Shown: piece after piece, positions 1-8,271 of the stretch
How the letters are laid out: each line of letters opens with the position of its first letter
Position numbering within the stretch: the first letter of the stretch is position 1
Origin: an uncultured Actinomycetes bacterium
GTDB taxonomy: Bacteria > Actinomycetota > Thermoleophilia > UBA2241
Direction of reading: 5' to 3'
Length of the DNA: 32,000 nt
NCBI GenBank assembly: GCA_963709345.1
Contig: CAVPVX010000007.1
Location: forward strand, 220,881-252,880
Translations under genes and position numbers: made by a program
The notes under the pieces: generated by a model
The model's database searches: none
Told to the model about the DNA's origin: nothing
The model's input: only the letters and a program-made list of their open reading frames with translations

Positions 1-71
1 GCGCCCCGTCCCCTCGCCGCATCGGCTGAGCCCGCCGCGGCGGCCCCCGCTCGGCCTCTTTGAGCCGGCAA

Positions 72-1910
72 TCAGCCTTCTTCGGCCCTCGGCTTGCGCC
101 GCAACAGAAGGAGGATGACGGCGACCACGACGACCACTGCGACCACGATCACGATGATCAGCGTCGTACTTGAGCCGCCGGAGCTCTCCGTCGCGGCGAC
201 CTTGGGCCCGACGTTGTAGTAGTTGCTCACGTTATCGCTGATGTAGGCGATCGCGCCGCTGCCCTCCGGGATGCGCCGCCAGCCGTCCCACCTCTCCGTG
301 TTCCACGCCTGCAGCGTCTTCGGATATGTGAGGTTGATGTACGGCGACTCCTCGTAGAAGAGCTCCTGCATCCGGTACGTGATCTCCTTGCGCTTCTGCG
401 GGTCGAGCTCCTGCGACTGCTGCTGCCAGAGGTCGTCGTACTCCTTGCTGGACCAGCAGGCGTCGTTCTGGTTCTCGATCTGCTCCGTGCGGAAGTAGCC
501 CAGGCGACGGCCGGGATCCGAGCCGCTGGGCTGCCACTGCCAGATGTAGATGTCGTAGTCGGGCTTGTAGGTGTCGCCCGCGTAGTTGTAGCCACCGTCG
601 ATGAGCGTGCCGTTGTCCTCGACGGAGTACTCTATGTCGAGGCCGAGATCCTCCCACCAGCCGGTTATGAGCTTGCCCATGACCTGGCTCTGCGGCGACT
701 CGACGCGTGACCAGAGCCGCAGCTTGATGTTCTTGCCGCCGTTCTTGGGATCATTGAGTATGCCGTCGCCGTCGGTGTCCGTGTAGCCGGCGTCGGCGAG
801 GAGCTCGCCGGCCTTCGCCGGGTCGAACGTGTACTCGACGTCCGCCGGCGGCTGCCAATGCCAGTCGAGCTCCGGGTCGTAGAAGTCGACCTCGAAGATC
901 GAGGTCGCCGGATCCGCGTACCCCTGGTACGCGAGGTCGGCCATCTTCTGCTTGTCGATGCCCCAGTTGAGCGCCTGGCGGAACTTGACGTCCTTCAGCA
1001 CCGGATTGCCCAGTGACGGACCCTCGTAGCAGTTGAACGACAGGTAGTCGAAGGCCTTCTGCGAGCACGCTTCGGCCTCGATTCCCGATTCGCCCTGCAA
1101 CGCTGCGACCTGGGCCGGCGGGATGTTGATCGCCAGGTCGATGGTGCCCAGCTTGAGGTCCTGAGCCAGGGTGTCCTGGTTCTTGTAGACCTGGAAGATG
1201 AGCTCGTCGACCTTGGGCGTCCCGCCCCAGTACTCCTTGTTGGCGACGCAGCGGACGAACTTGCCCTTCTGCCACTCGACGACCTGGAACGGCCCCGAGC
1301 CGACGATCGGCGGCCGGTTCAGGTACTTGTTGATCTGTTCGTAGCTTGTGAACTTGCCCCAGACGTGCTCGGGGATGATCGGCGCCCACATGGCGAGGAC
1401 GTCCGCCTTGGGCCGGTCGCACTCGATGACCAGCGTGGTGTCGTCCGGAGCGGTGGCCTGCTTGATGCCGTCGAGCGCCGAGAGAAACGCGCCGAGCTCG
1501 TACTCCTTCTGGAAGTTGTAGGTGAAGGCGATGTCGCTCGCGGTCAGCGGCTCGCCGTCCGACCACTTGACGCCCTCGCGGATCTTGAACGTCCAGGTGA
1601 GACCGTCTTCGCTCGTGGTCCAGCTCTCGGCGAGGCCGGGCTCGGTCTGCAGGTAGTCGTCGCCGTAGTTGGTGAGGAAGTCGTAGCTCACGTGGTAGAG
1701 CTCGTAAGACGACTGCTCGATACCGACGAACGGGTTGAGGTTGTCCGGGTCGGTCGTCCACCCGACCTTGAGCGTGACCGGCCCGCCGCCGGGCGAGGCG
1801 CTCGGGTCGGAGGCGGCCGCGGCGGCGAGCCCCCAGACGAGCCCGGCGGCGAGCACCGCCACGACGGAGAGCAAGAGCACTCTCGACATGAACCGTGAAC
1901 GCGCAGCCAT
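72..1910 (-). CDS. ABC transporter substrate-binding protein, family 5 (peptide/opine/nickel type), with N-terminal signal and C-terminal transmembrane anchor
   Basis: Protein from MAARSRFMSRVLLLSVVAVLAAGLVWG; SBP_bac_5-like features (NLNPFVG, LAESWTTSEDGLTWTFKIREGVKWSDGEPLTASDI). Start trimmed from ORF start 2069 to ATG at 1910, which is preceded by a GAAAGGAAGG ribosome-binding site. C-terminus TTLIIVIVVAVVVVVAVILLLLRRK is a TM helix. Confidence 0.93.
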   Translation of the reverse strand: MAARSRFMSRVLLLSVVAVLAAGLVWGLAAAAASDPSASPGGGPVTLKVGWTTDPDNLNPFVGIEQSSYELYHVSYDFLTNYGDDYLQTEPGLAESWTTSEDGLTWTFKIREGVKWSDGEPLTASDIAFTYNFQKEYELGAFLSALDGIKQATAPDDTTLVIECDRPKADVLAMWAPIIPEHVWGKFTSYEQINKYLNRPPIVGSGPFQVVEWQKGKFVRCVANKEYWGGTPKVDELIFQVYKNQDTLAQDLKLGTIDLAINIPPAQVAALQGESGIEAEACSQKAFDYLSFNCYEGPSLGNPVLKDVKFRQALNWGIDKQKMADLAYQGYADPATSIFEVDFYDPELDWHWQPPADVEYTFDPAKAGELLADAGYTDTDGDGILNDPKNGGKNIKLRLWSRVESPQSQVMGKLITGWWEDLGLDIEYSVEDNGTLIDGGYNYAGDTYKPDYDIYIWQWQPSGSDPGRRLGYFRTEQIENQNDACWSSKEYDDLWQQQSQELDPQKRKEITYRMQELFYEESPYINLTYPKTLQAWNTERWDGWRRIPEGSGAIAYISDNVSNYYNVGPKVAATESSGGSSTTLIIVIVVAVVVVVAVILLLLRRKPRAEEG

Positions 1911-2164
1911 GAGACCTTCCTTTCTGCGCACGACCGATGAGCCGACCACCCCGCTCCCGGGAGAGTCGCGCGGCGCCCCCCGGCCCCGCGATGGAAGAGT
2001 ATGCACTCCCGCGGTCGCGGCGCAAGGGGCCGCATCGCCACGCCGGGCAGACTCCCTGAGTGATGACACGGTTACGGCCGCACCTGACGCGGATAGACTC
2101 CGGCAACAAGGGAGCGCACGGGTGTCTACTTGCGCCGGTCGGCAGCGTCATCCCGGGAGGTGGC

Positions 2165-2818
2165 ATGACAATCGAAGAGCGCGCGCGAGATTTCGCCGTC
2201 GCGCTTGTCGCTATGGACCGCGTGCAAGCTGAGGAAGCGCTCCGCGCAGCCGCGGAGGAATCTGACGCCCCGACCGTCACCGAAGATGTCGTCACGCCCG
2301 CTCTCGAGAGGATCGGCGGTGACTGGGAACAAGGGGTGATCTCTCTCGCCCAGCTGTACATGGCCGGCCGGATCGCCGAACAGGTGGTGAGCGAGAAGCT
2401 GCCCTCCATGGCGACGCGCAAGGGCGAACGCCCTCAGCTGGCGATCGCCGTCCTCGAGGACCACCACACTCTCGGCAAGAGACTCGTACTCTCGGCTCTG
2501 CGCGCTTCGGGGCACGCCGTCGCCGACTACGGTCACGGCGTGCCCGTCGAACGCCTGGTACAACGATGCGACGCCGACAAGCCACGCGTGCTCCTCATCT
2601 CGACATTGATGCTTCCGGCGGCCCTCCGCGTGCGCGACGTCGTCCGTCAACTGGCGCTGCCCGGATCGCCGCCGGCCGTGGTCGTCGGCGGCGCCCCCTT
2701 CCGTCTCGATCCCGACCTGTGGCGAGAGGTCGGCGCCGACGCCGCCGGCCGTAATTCGACAGAGGCCGTTCGATTGGTCGACCATTTCCTGGGAGGTACG
2801 CGATGCCGGCGGAGATGA
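2165..2818 (+). CDS. Corrinoid (B12)-binding protein, MtaC/MtbC/MetH-like cap plus Rossmann domain
   Basis: ATG at 2165 after GGGAGGTGG. Contains DHHTLG (DxHxxG), ISTLML (SxL) and VVVGGAPF (GG), the three cobalamin-binding signature positions. Confidence 0.85.
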   Translation: MTIEERARDFAVALVAMDRVQAEEALRAAAEESDAPTVTEDVVTPALERIGGDWEQGVISLAQLYMAGRIAEQVVSEKLPSMATRKGERPQLAIAVLEDHHTLGKRLVLSALRASGHAVADYGHGVPVERLVQRCDADKPRVLLISTLMLPAALRVRDVVRQLALPGSPPAVVVGGAPFRLDPDLWREVGADAAGRNSTEAVRLVDHFLGGTRCRRR

Positions 2819-3849
2819 CGTCCCTCGAGCGCGTCCTCACCACACTCGGTCACCGCGAGCCCGACCGCGTGCCCCTCTTCCTCCTCGTCACGATGCACGG
2901 CGCGAAGGAACTGGGCATGGGTCTGCAAGAGTACTTCTCGAAGGGAGAGAACGTCGCCGAAGGTCAGCTGCGCCTTCGCGAGAAGTACGGGCACGACTGC
3001 CTTTACGGCATCCTCTACGCCCCGCTCGAAGTCGAGGCTTGGGGCGGCGAGGTGATCTTCCGCGAAGACGGACCTACGAATTCCGGTGAACCGTTGATCC
3101 TCGACGTCGAGCAGATCCGCGCTCTGGAGCCGCCCGACGTGGCGACGAGCCCGGTGCTCGGCCGCGCCCTGCGAGCCATCGAAATCCTCAAGGAGCGCTC
3201 GCACGACGTGCCCATCGTCGGCTCCGTCGTGTCGCCCTTCTCCCTGCCGGTCATGCAGCTCGGCTTCGAGGCCTATCTCGACCTCATGGTCGAGCGCCGC
3301 GACTTGTTCGACCGCCTGATGGCCGTGAACGAAGAGTTCTGCGTGGCGTGGGCAAACGCCCAGTTCGCAGCCGGGGCCACAGCCGTCGCCTACTTCGACC
3401 CGGTCTCTTCCACGACGTGCGTCACGCCGCAGATGTATCTGGGCACCGGCTTCAAGGTGGCGCAGCGCACCATCGCCCGTATCCAGGGCCCCACGGCCAC
3501 GCACTTCGCCTCCGGACGCTGCGCCGGCATCATCGACGACGTGGCGCAGACCGGCACCGCGGGCGTCGGGGTGAGTGGCGAGGAGGATCTCGCCGCACTC
3601 AAACGAGCCGCCGCCGGCAAGCTCACCTTGCTCGGCAACCTCAATGGGATCACCATGCGCAACTGGACGGCGGAGCAGGCGGAGGCCGAGGTCAAGGCGG
3701 CCATCGCCGCAGCCGCTCCCGGCGGCGGGTTCATCCTCTCGGACAACCACGGCGAGATCCCCTTCCAGGTGCCCGACGAGGTCCTGCACGCGATCGCCGC
3801 AGCGACGCGCCGCTGGGGACGGTACCCCATCGACTGGGTCGATGACTGA
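2803..3849 (+). CDS. Uroporphyrinogen decarboxylase (UroD/MtaA/CmuA)-family methyltransferase-like protein
   Basis: MTSLERVLTTLGHREPDRVPLF N-terminus, PIVGSVVSPFSLPVMQLG, GNLNG and GGFILS segments typical of the MtaA-like UroD family. Overlaps the upstream corrinoid gene by 16 nt. Confidence 0.85.
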   Translation: MPAEMTSLERVLTTLGHREPDRVPLFLLVTMHGAKELGMGLQEYFSKGENVAEGQLRLREKYGHDCLYGILYAPLEVEAWGGEVIFREDGPTNSGEPLILDVEQIRALEPPDVATSPVLGRALRAIEILKERSHDVPIVGSVVSPFSLPVMQLGFEAYLDLMVERRDLFDRLMAVNEEFCVAWANAQFAAGATAVAYFDPVSSTTCVTPQMYLGTGFKVAQRTIARIQGPTATHFASGRCAGIIDDVAQTGTAGVGVSGEEDLAALKRAAAGKLTLLGNLNGITMRNWTAEQAEAEVKAAIAAAAPGGGFILSDNHGEIPFQVPDEVLHAIAAATRRWGRYPIDWVDD

Positions 3850-5848
3850 CGGCAGACTCAGGATCCACGTCTGCACGAACTTCGCTCCCGATGTGCGCGC
3901 GGCGCTGCCAAAGCAACTGGAAAGCGGCGTCGAGGTCGTGGAGTTCGCCGCCGACTGCGTCGGGTCGCAAGCCGACTGCGAGGCGTCCTGCGAGCGGATG
4001 CTCGATCCGGACGCCGCGCGCACGCAGTCGATGGCCGGCGACTCGCGGATCACGATCTCGCACACGGCCGGTGGAGACGACGTCTGTGCCCTGCGCTGCA
4101 CCGGCCCCGCCGGCTACCGGCTCGTCAACCACGAGATCGCCGAGCAGCTCGTCGCCGACGGCGCCTACCTTCTCACCCCAGGCTGGGCGCAGCGGTGGCG
4201 GAGCTATCTGCGAGCCCAGGGCTTCGATCGAACGCTCGCAAGGCAGTACTTCCACGAATTCGCCTCGCAACTGGTACTGCTCGACACCGGCACCGACCCA
4301 CAGGCGCTGGAGCGTCTCCACGAGATGGGCGTCTTCCTCGACCTGCCCACACGACGGCTGCCGTGTGGCCTCGACTACCTCCGGCTGTTCCTCACCGGCC
4401 TGGTGCTCGAATGGCGGCTGGACTCCCGGGGCGCGGCGCGTGACGGGGTCGATGACCAGGCCGCGGCCCGGCAGGCCGAGTACGCCGTCACACTCGACAT
4501 GCTGGGCACCCTGACTGGTCTCACCGACGAGGACGAGGTCGCCGACCGAGTGCTCGACCTGATCACGCTGCTCTTCGCGCCCGGCCGGCTGCATCTGCTG
4601 ACCATCGAGGGTGGGCGGCCGGGCGAGTTGCGTTCCCGTCCCTCGACACCGACGCCTGCGGCCCGGACGATCGCGGCACGGCTTGCTGCGCTGACCGGAG
4701 ACTTCGAGCTCACTGACGACGGATTCCTCCTGCTCGTCGGGAACGGCGACGACCGCGCCGCTGTCGAGCTCGGCGACTTCGCCCTGCCCGACAAGCGCGA
4801 TGATTACCTCAATCTTGCGCTCACCCTGGCCGGCGCCTTCGACCTCGCCCTGGCGAACTCGCGCAGCTTCGGGCGCCTGGAGCGCGCCCGCCTGGAGCTG
4901 AGCGCTTCCGAAGAGCGGTATCGCGCGCTCATGGAGCAGGCCACCGACGCGATAGTGCTCGTCGACGTCAAGGGGTCGGTCCTGGAAGCGAACGGTCAGG
5001 CGCTACGCCTGATGGGCAAGCCCCGCGACGAAGTCGTGGGGCTTCCTGCAGAGGCTCTGCACGCCGGCGCCATCCAACACGCGATGCACGGCTGTCTGGA
5101 GGGCCTCCTCAGAGACGGCGTCGCCGCCGTCGACGACATTCGCCTGACGCGACCAGACGGTGAAGAGGCCGTCATCGACGCCAGGTTCTCCATGGTCAGC
5201 GTCGCCGGCCGGCGCATCGCTCAGGGTATCTTCCGCGACGTCACGGAGCGTGAGCGCTCGGCGCGGATGCTCGAGGCGCTGTCGCTCGAAGACCCCCTGA
5301 CCGGGCTGCGCAATCGGCGCGGCTTCACGATTCTGGCCGAGCAGGAGCTCAAAACGGCGGCCCGTCTCGGTCGGCCGCTTCTCCTGCTCTACGCCGACCT
5401 CGACGGGCTGAAGCCGATCAACGACGGACAGGGCCATGCGGCCGGCGACAGCCTCCTGCGAGAGACGGCGGAAGTGCTGTCCGGCTGCTTCCGCGACATG
5501 GACGTCGTCGCCCGGGTCGGCGGTGACGAGTTCGCGATCCTGCAGATCGACGCCGCCGCCGGAGCGGAAGCGTCCGTCCGCAGGCGGCTGGAGCTGGCGA
5601 CCGCGGCGGTCAACGCGAGGCCGGACCGCCGCTACATCCTCTCGCTCTCAGTTGGCGCCGTCGCGTTCGACCCGGCGGCGCCCGCGGCGCTTGATGACCT
5701 GCTGCGGCTCGCCGACGCGCGCATGTACGCGGACAAACGAGCCCGGAAGGCGGGCAACACAGGCCGCGACCGGCAGCGAAGAGGCGTCGCCACGGCCCGA
5801 GAGCCGGGCGGCGCGCGCACGGAGGGCCCCGCCGCGCCTGGTCGATGA
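3842..5848 (+). CDS. Multidomain protein: Cys-rich N-terminal domain (tentatively DUF1638-like) - PAS - GGDEF diguanylate cyclase
   Basis: ATG at 3842 overlaps the upstream stop (ATGACTGA). N-terminus has CVGSQADCEASCERM and LLTPGWAQRWR. PAS: ASEERYRALMEQATDAIVLVDVKGSVLEAN. GGDEF: EDPLTGLRNRRGF, DLDGLKPINDGQGHAAGD, ARVGGDEFAIL with RxxD (RDMD) five residues upstream. Confidence 0.85.
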   Translation: MTDGRLRIHVCTNFAPDVRAALPKQLESGVEVVEFAADCVGSQADCEASCERMLDPDAARTQSMAGDSRITISHTAGGDDVCALRCTGPAGYRLVNHEIAEQLVADGAYLLTPGWAQRWRSYLRAQGFDRTLARQYFHEFASQLVLLDTGTDPQALERLHEMGVFLDLPTRRLPCGLDYLRLFLTGLVLEWRLDSRGAARDGVDDQAAARQAEYAVTLDMLGTLTGLTDEDEVADRVLDLITLLFAPGRLHLLTIEGGRPGELRSRPSTPTPAARTIAARLAALTGDFELTDDGFLLLVGNGDDRAAVELGDFALPDKRDDYLNLALTLAGAFDLALANSRSFGRLERARLELSASEERYRALMEQATDAIVLVDVKGSVLEANGQALRLMGKPRDEVVGLPAEALHAGAIQHAMHGCLEGLLRDGVAAVDDIRLTRPDGEEAVIDARFSMVSVAGRRIAQGIFRDVTERERSARMLEALSLEDPLTGLRNRRGFTILAEQELKTAARLGRPLLLLYADLDGLKPINDGQGHAAGDSLLRETAEVLSGCFRDMDVVARVGGDEFAILQIDAAAGAEASVRRRLELATAAVNARPDRRYILSLSVGAVAFDPAAPAALDDLLRLADARMYADKRARKAGNTGRDRQRRGVATAREPGGARTEGPAAPGR

Positions 5849-6266
5849 AGGCGAACCCCCGCTCGAACACCCGGCCGCAGGCGGCGGCCACGCCCGGGTC
5901 GTAGAGGCGGCCGGGCTTGGTGAGGATCTCCGCCGGCGCCGCCACCTCGCCGATGTCGTGGACCTCACCGGCGAGGATCAGCGTCTCGAGGGCCTCGCCG
6001 TCGATGCCGGGCTCGACCGCGAGCGCCACGGCAAACTGCGTCACGCGGCGCTCGTGGCCGTCGGGGCACGGGTCGCGCGTCTCCACCAGCGCGCCGACGG
6101 TGTCGCGGACCAACTCGCCACGCGAATGCACAGACCGGATCTCGCCGTCGTGATCCACTACTGCAGACGAGAACGAGAAGGCGTCGTTCAGGCCGTCGAA
6201 CAGATCGTGGAGCTTGAGAGCGTCCAGCAGGTCCCCGAGCTTGCAGCGCGACGGCACGGTCATCAT
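5849..6266 (-). pseudogene. Truncated PocR-like sensor / HD-GYP phosphodiesterase remnant
   Basis: Minus ORF 5610..6266 begins KLGDLLDALKLHDLFDGLNDAFSFSSAVVDHDGEI (PocR-like start), then GHERRVTQFAVALAVEPGIDGEALETLILAGEVHDIGEVAAPAEILTKPGRL (HD-GYP start). Homology ends near 5850, at the stop of the convergent GGDEF gene; the second half of HD-GYP is missing. Confidence 0.6.
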
Positions 6267-6540
6267 CCCTCACCCGTCATGACGGTCGATCGCCTCTCTC
6301 CGCACGGTCTCGTGTCCCCCAAGAACCGCCGCGCCGGCGGTCGTCTCGTGAGCTTCGCCCAGACATGATGCACCCACCGATCGTGCATCGGCACGCACTG
6401 CCGCAGACTGTGCTGCGGCCCGTCTGCCCTGTGCTGCCGCAGAGCCGTGTCGAGCCATCCCCTCTAAGGTAGACTTGCCCCGCGCCACTCGCGGGCCGCG
6501 CACAGGGCGCGGCCCGCCGACACGAGGGAAGGAGGGCGAC

Positions 6541-7410
6541 ATGACACTCAAGCTCGGTCTACCCAAGGGGAGCCTCGAGCACGCGACCATCGACCTCTTC
6601 CGCCGCGCCGGCTTTCTCATCACCGTCGCGGAGCGCTCCTACTTCCCGGCCATCGACGATCCGGACATCGAGTGCATGCTCGTGCGCGCCCAGGAGATGG
6701 CGCGCTACATCGAAGATGGCGCGCTCGACTGCGGCCTCACCGGCCGCGACTGGGTGGTCGAGAACGAGGCGACCGTCCACACCGTGAGCGACCTCGTGTA
6801 CGCCAAACAGAGCTTCGGCCGGGTCCGCTGGGTGCTCGCCGTCCCCGAGGCGTCCCCCGTCCGGACCGCCTCCGACCTCGAAGGCAAGATCGTCGCCACC
6901 GAACTCGTCGGCGTCACCAGGCGCTGGTTCGCCAAGCGCGACGTCGGCGCCAAGATCGAGTTCAGCTGGGGCGCCACCGAAGCCAAGCTGCCCGAGCTCG
7001 CGGACGCCATCGTGGAGGTCACCGAGACGGGCAGTTCCCTGCGCGCCAACAAGCTGCGCGTCGTCGAGACGGTGCTCGAGAGCACGACGCAGCTGATCGC
7101 CAACGAGTCCGCGTGGCAGGACGCGGACAAGCGCCGCAAGATCGAGGACGTCGCCATGCTTCTGCAGGGCGCCATCGCGGCTCTCGACAAGGTCGGGCTG
7201 ATGCTGAACGTCCAGGCCGGCGACCTCGACAGGGTGCTCGCCGTCCTCCCCGCGCTCCGCAACCCGACCATCTCGCACCTCAGTGACGAGGGCTGGCTCG
7301 CCGTCAACACGATCCTCGAAGAGAGCGTGGTGCGCACGATCATCCCCCGCCTGAAGGAAGCCGGCGCCGAGGGCATCGTCGAGTTCCCTCTCAACAAGAT
7401 CGTGATGTAG
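6541..7410 (+). CDS. hisG: ATP phosphoribosyltransferase
   Basis: [80 protein letters not shown] plus HisG C-terminal regulatory-like region; GAGGGAAGGAGG-like SD upstream. Confidence 0.95.
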   Translation: MTLKLGLPKGSLEHATIDLFRRAGFLITVAERSYFPAIDDPDIECMLVRAQEMARYIEDGALDCGLTGRDWVVENEATVHTVSDLVYAKQSFGRVRWVLAVPEASPVRTASDLEGKIVATELVGVTRRWFAKRDVGAKIEFSWGATEAKLPELADAIVEVTETGSSLRANKLRVVETVLESTTQLIANESAWQDADKRRKIEDVAMLLQGAIAALDKVGLMLNVQAGDLDRVLAVLPALRNPTISHLSDEGWLAVNTILEESVVRTIIPRLKEAGAEGIVEFPLNKIVM

Positions 7411-7428
7411 CCGCCGGCCGCAGCGTCC

Positions 7429-8190
7429 TCAGGCGCCGGGGAGCCGGCGAGCCGCCGCGAGCGCATCGCGCTCGCTCAGGCGGCCGTACGTCGGCGCCAG
7501 TTCGTGCGCCGTCACCGGCAGCCAGATGAACCCGTCGCGCTCGTCGCCCACCGGCGTCGCAAGGCCTTGGGCGAAGCGCCGGGCGGTGAGAGCGGCCGCG
7601 AGCGCATCGAGCGAGTCGTGGTCGAAGTAGCCGTCCCAGACGAGACCGGCCGCGCGGAGTGCGGCGACGCGCGCGTGCAGGCCGGCGCGGCCGGTCTTCG
7701 GCGGCGGGGTACCGCCGAGCAGGGTCACGAAGGTGGCGTGCGGGTACACCTCGAGCGCTGCCGGCGCCTGCCCGAGCGCCGCCGGCAGGGAGCCGGGGGC
7801 CGGCGGCTCGTAGCCGTGCCGGCCCAGCTCCTTGAAGTAGTCCCAGCCCGTCTGCATCCAGCCGTAGCGCGCGCCGGCCGCGACGGCCGCGGCGCGCGTC
7901 GGCACCTGGTAGATGGAGATGCGCCGCCCGGCGAGATCGGCGTCGCATGCCCGCGGGCGCGGAGCGCCTGCGGCGCGCGCCCGCCGCGGCCTCTGCGGCG
8001 CGTCGACGCCGACCGCGACCGCTCCAAGGCCGTCAAGCCACTCCAGCAGACGACCCCGGTCGCCGGCGATGCGCTCGTCGGACTCCCGCCAGCTCTCGAC
8101 TTCGAGCGTGCGCCCGCAGCGCAAGGCAACGGCCACGCATGGCCGGCTGGCGGCGATGTCGATCCCGACGACGACCTGCCCCGTATCCAT
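7429..8190 (-). CDS. DUF429 domain-containing protein
   Basis: VVGIDIAASRPCVAVAL, VGVDAPQ, CDADLAGRRISIYQVPTRAAA, YEVYPHA-type segment (LEVYPHATFVTLLGG), YDALDAL-type segment. Confidence 0.75.
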   Translation of the reverse strand: MDTGQVVVGIDIAASRPCVAVALRCGRTLEVESWRESDERIAGDRGRLLEWLDGLGAVAVGVDAPQRPRRARAAGAPRPRACDADLAGRRISIYQVPTRAAAVAAGARYGWMQTGWDYFKELGRHGYEPPAPGSLPAALGQAPAALEVYPHATFVTLLGGTPPPKTGRAGLHARVAALRAAGLVWDGYFDHDSLDALAAALTARRFAQGLATPVGDERDGFIWLPVTAHELAPTYGRLSERDALAAARRLPGA

Positions 8191-8271
8191 ACGGGCAGAC
8201 TAGCAGACCCGGGAGCGGGGGCGAAGAGCCGGCGCCGTGACAGAAGGCCGAGAGCCCCAGCCGCCTGTGGA

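Noticed and set aside
2070-2164. Possible cobalamin riboswitch before the corrinoid operon
   Set aside because: No B12-box-like (GCCACTG) element or convincing long fold found; only a short divergent intergenic region.
751-2421. Long minus-strand ORF (556 aa)
   Set aside because: Arg/Ala/Pro-rich shadow frame of the solute-binding protein; no recognisable domain.
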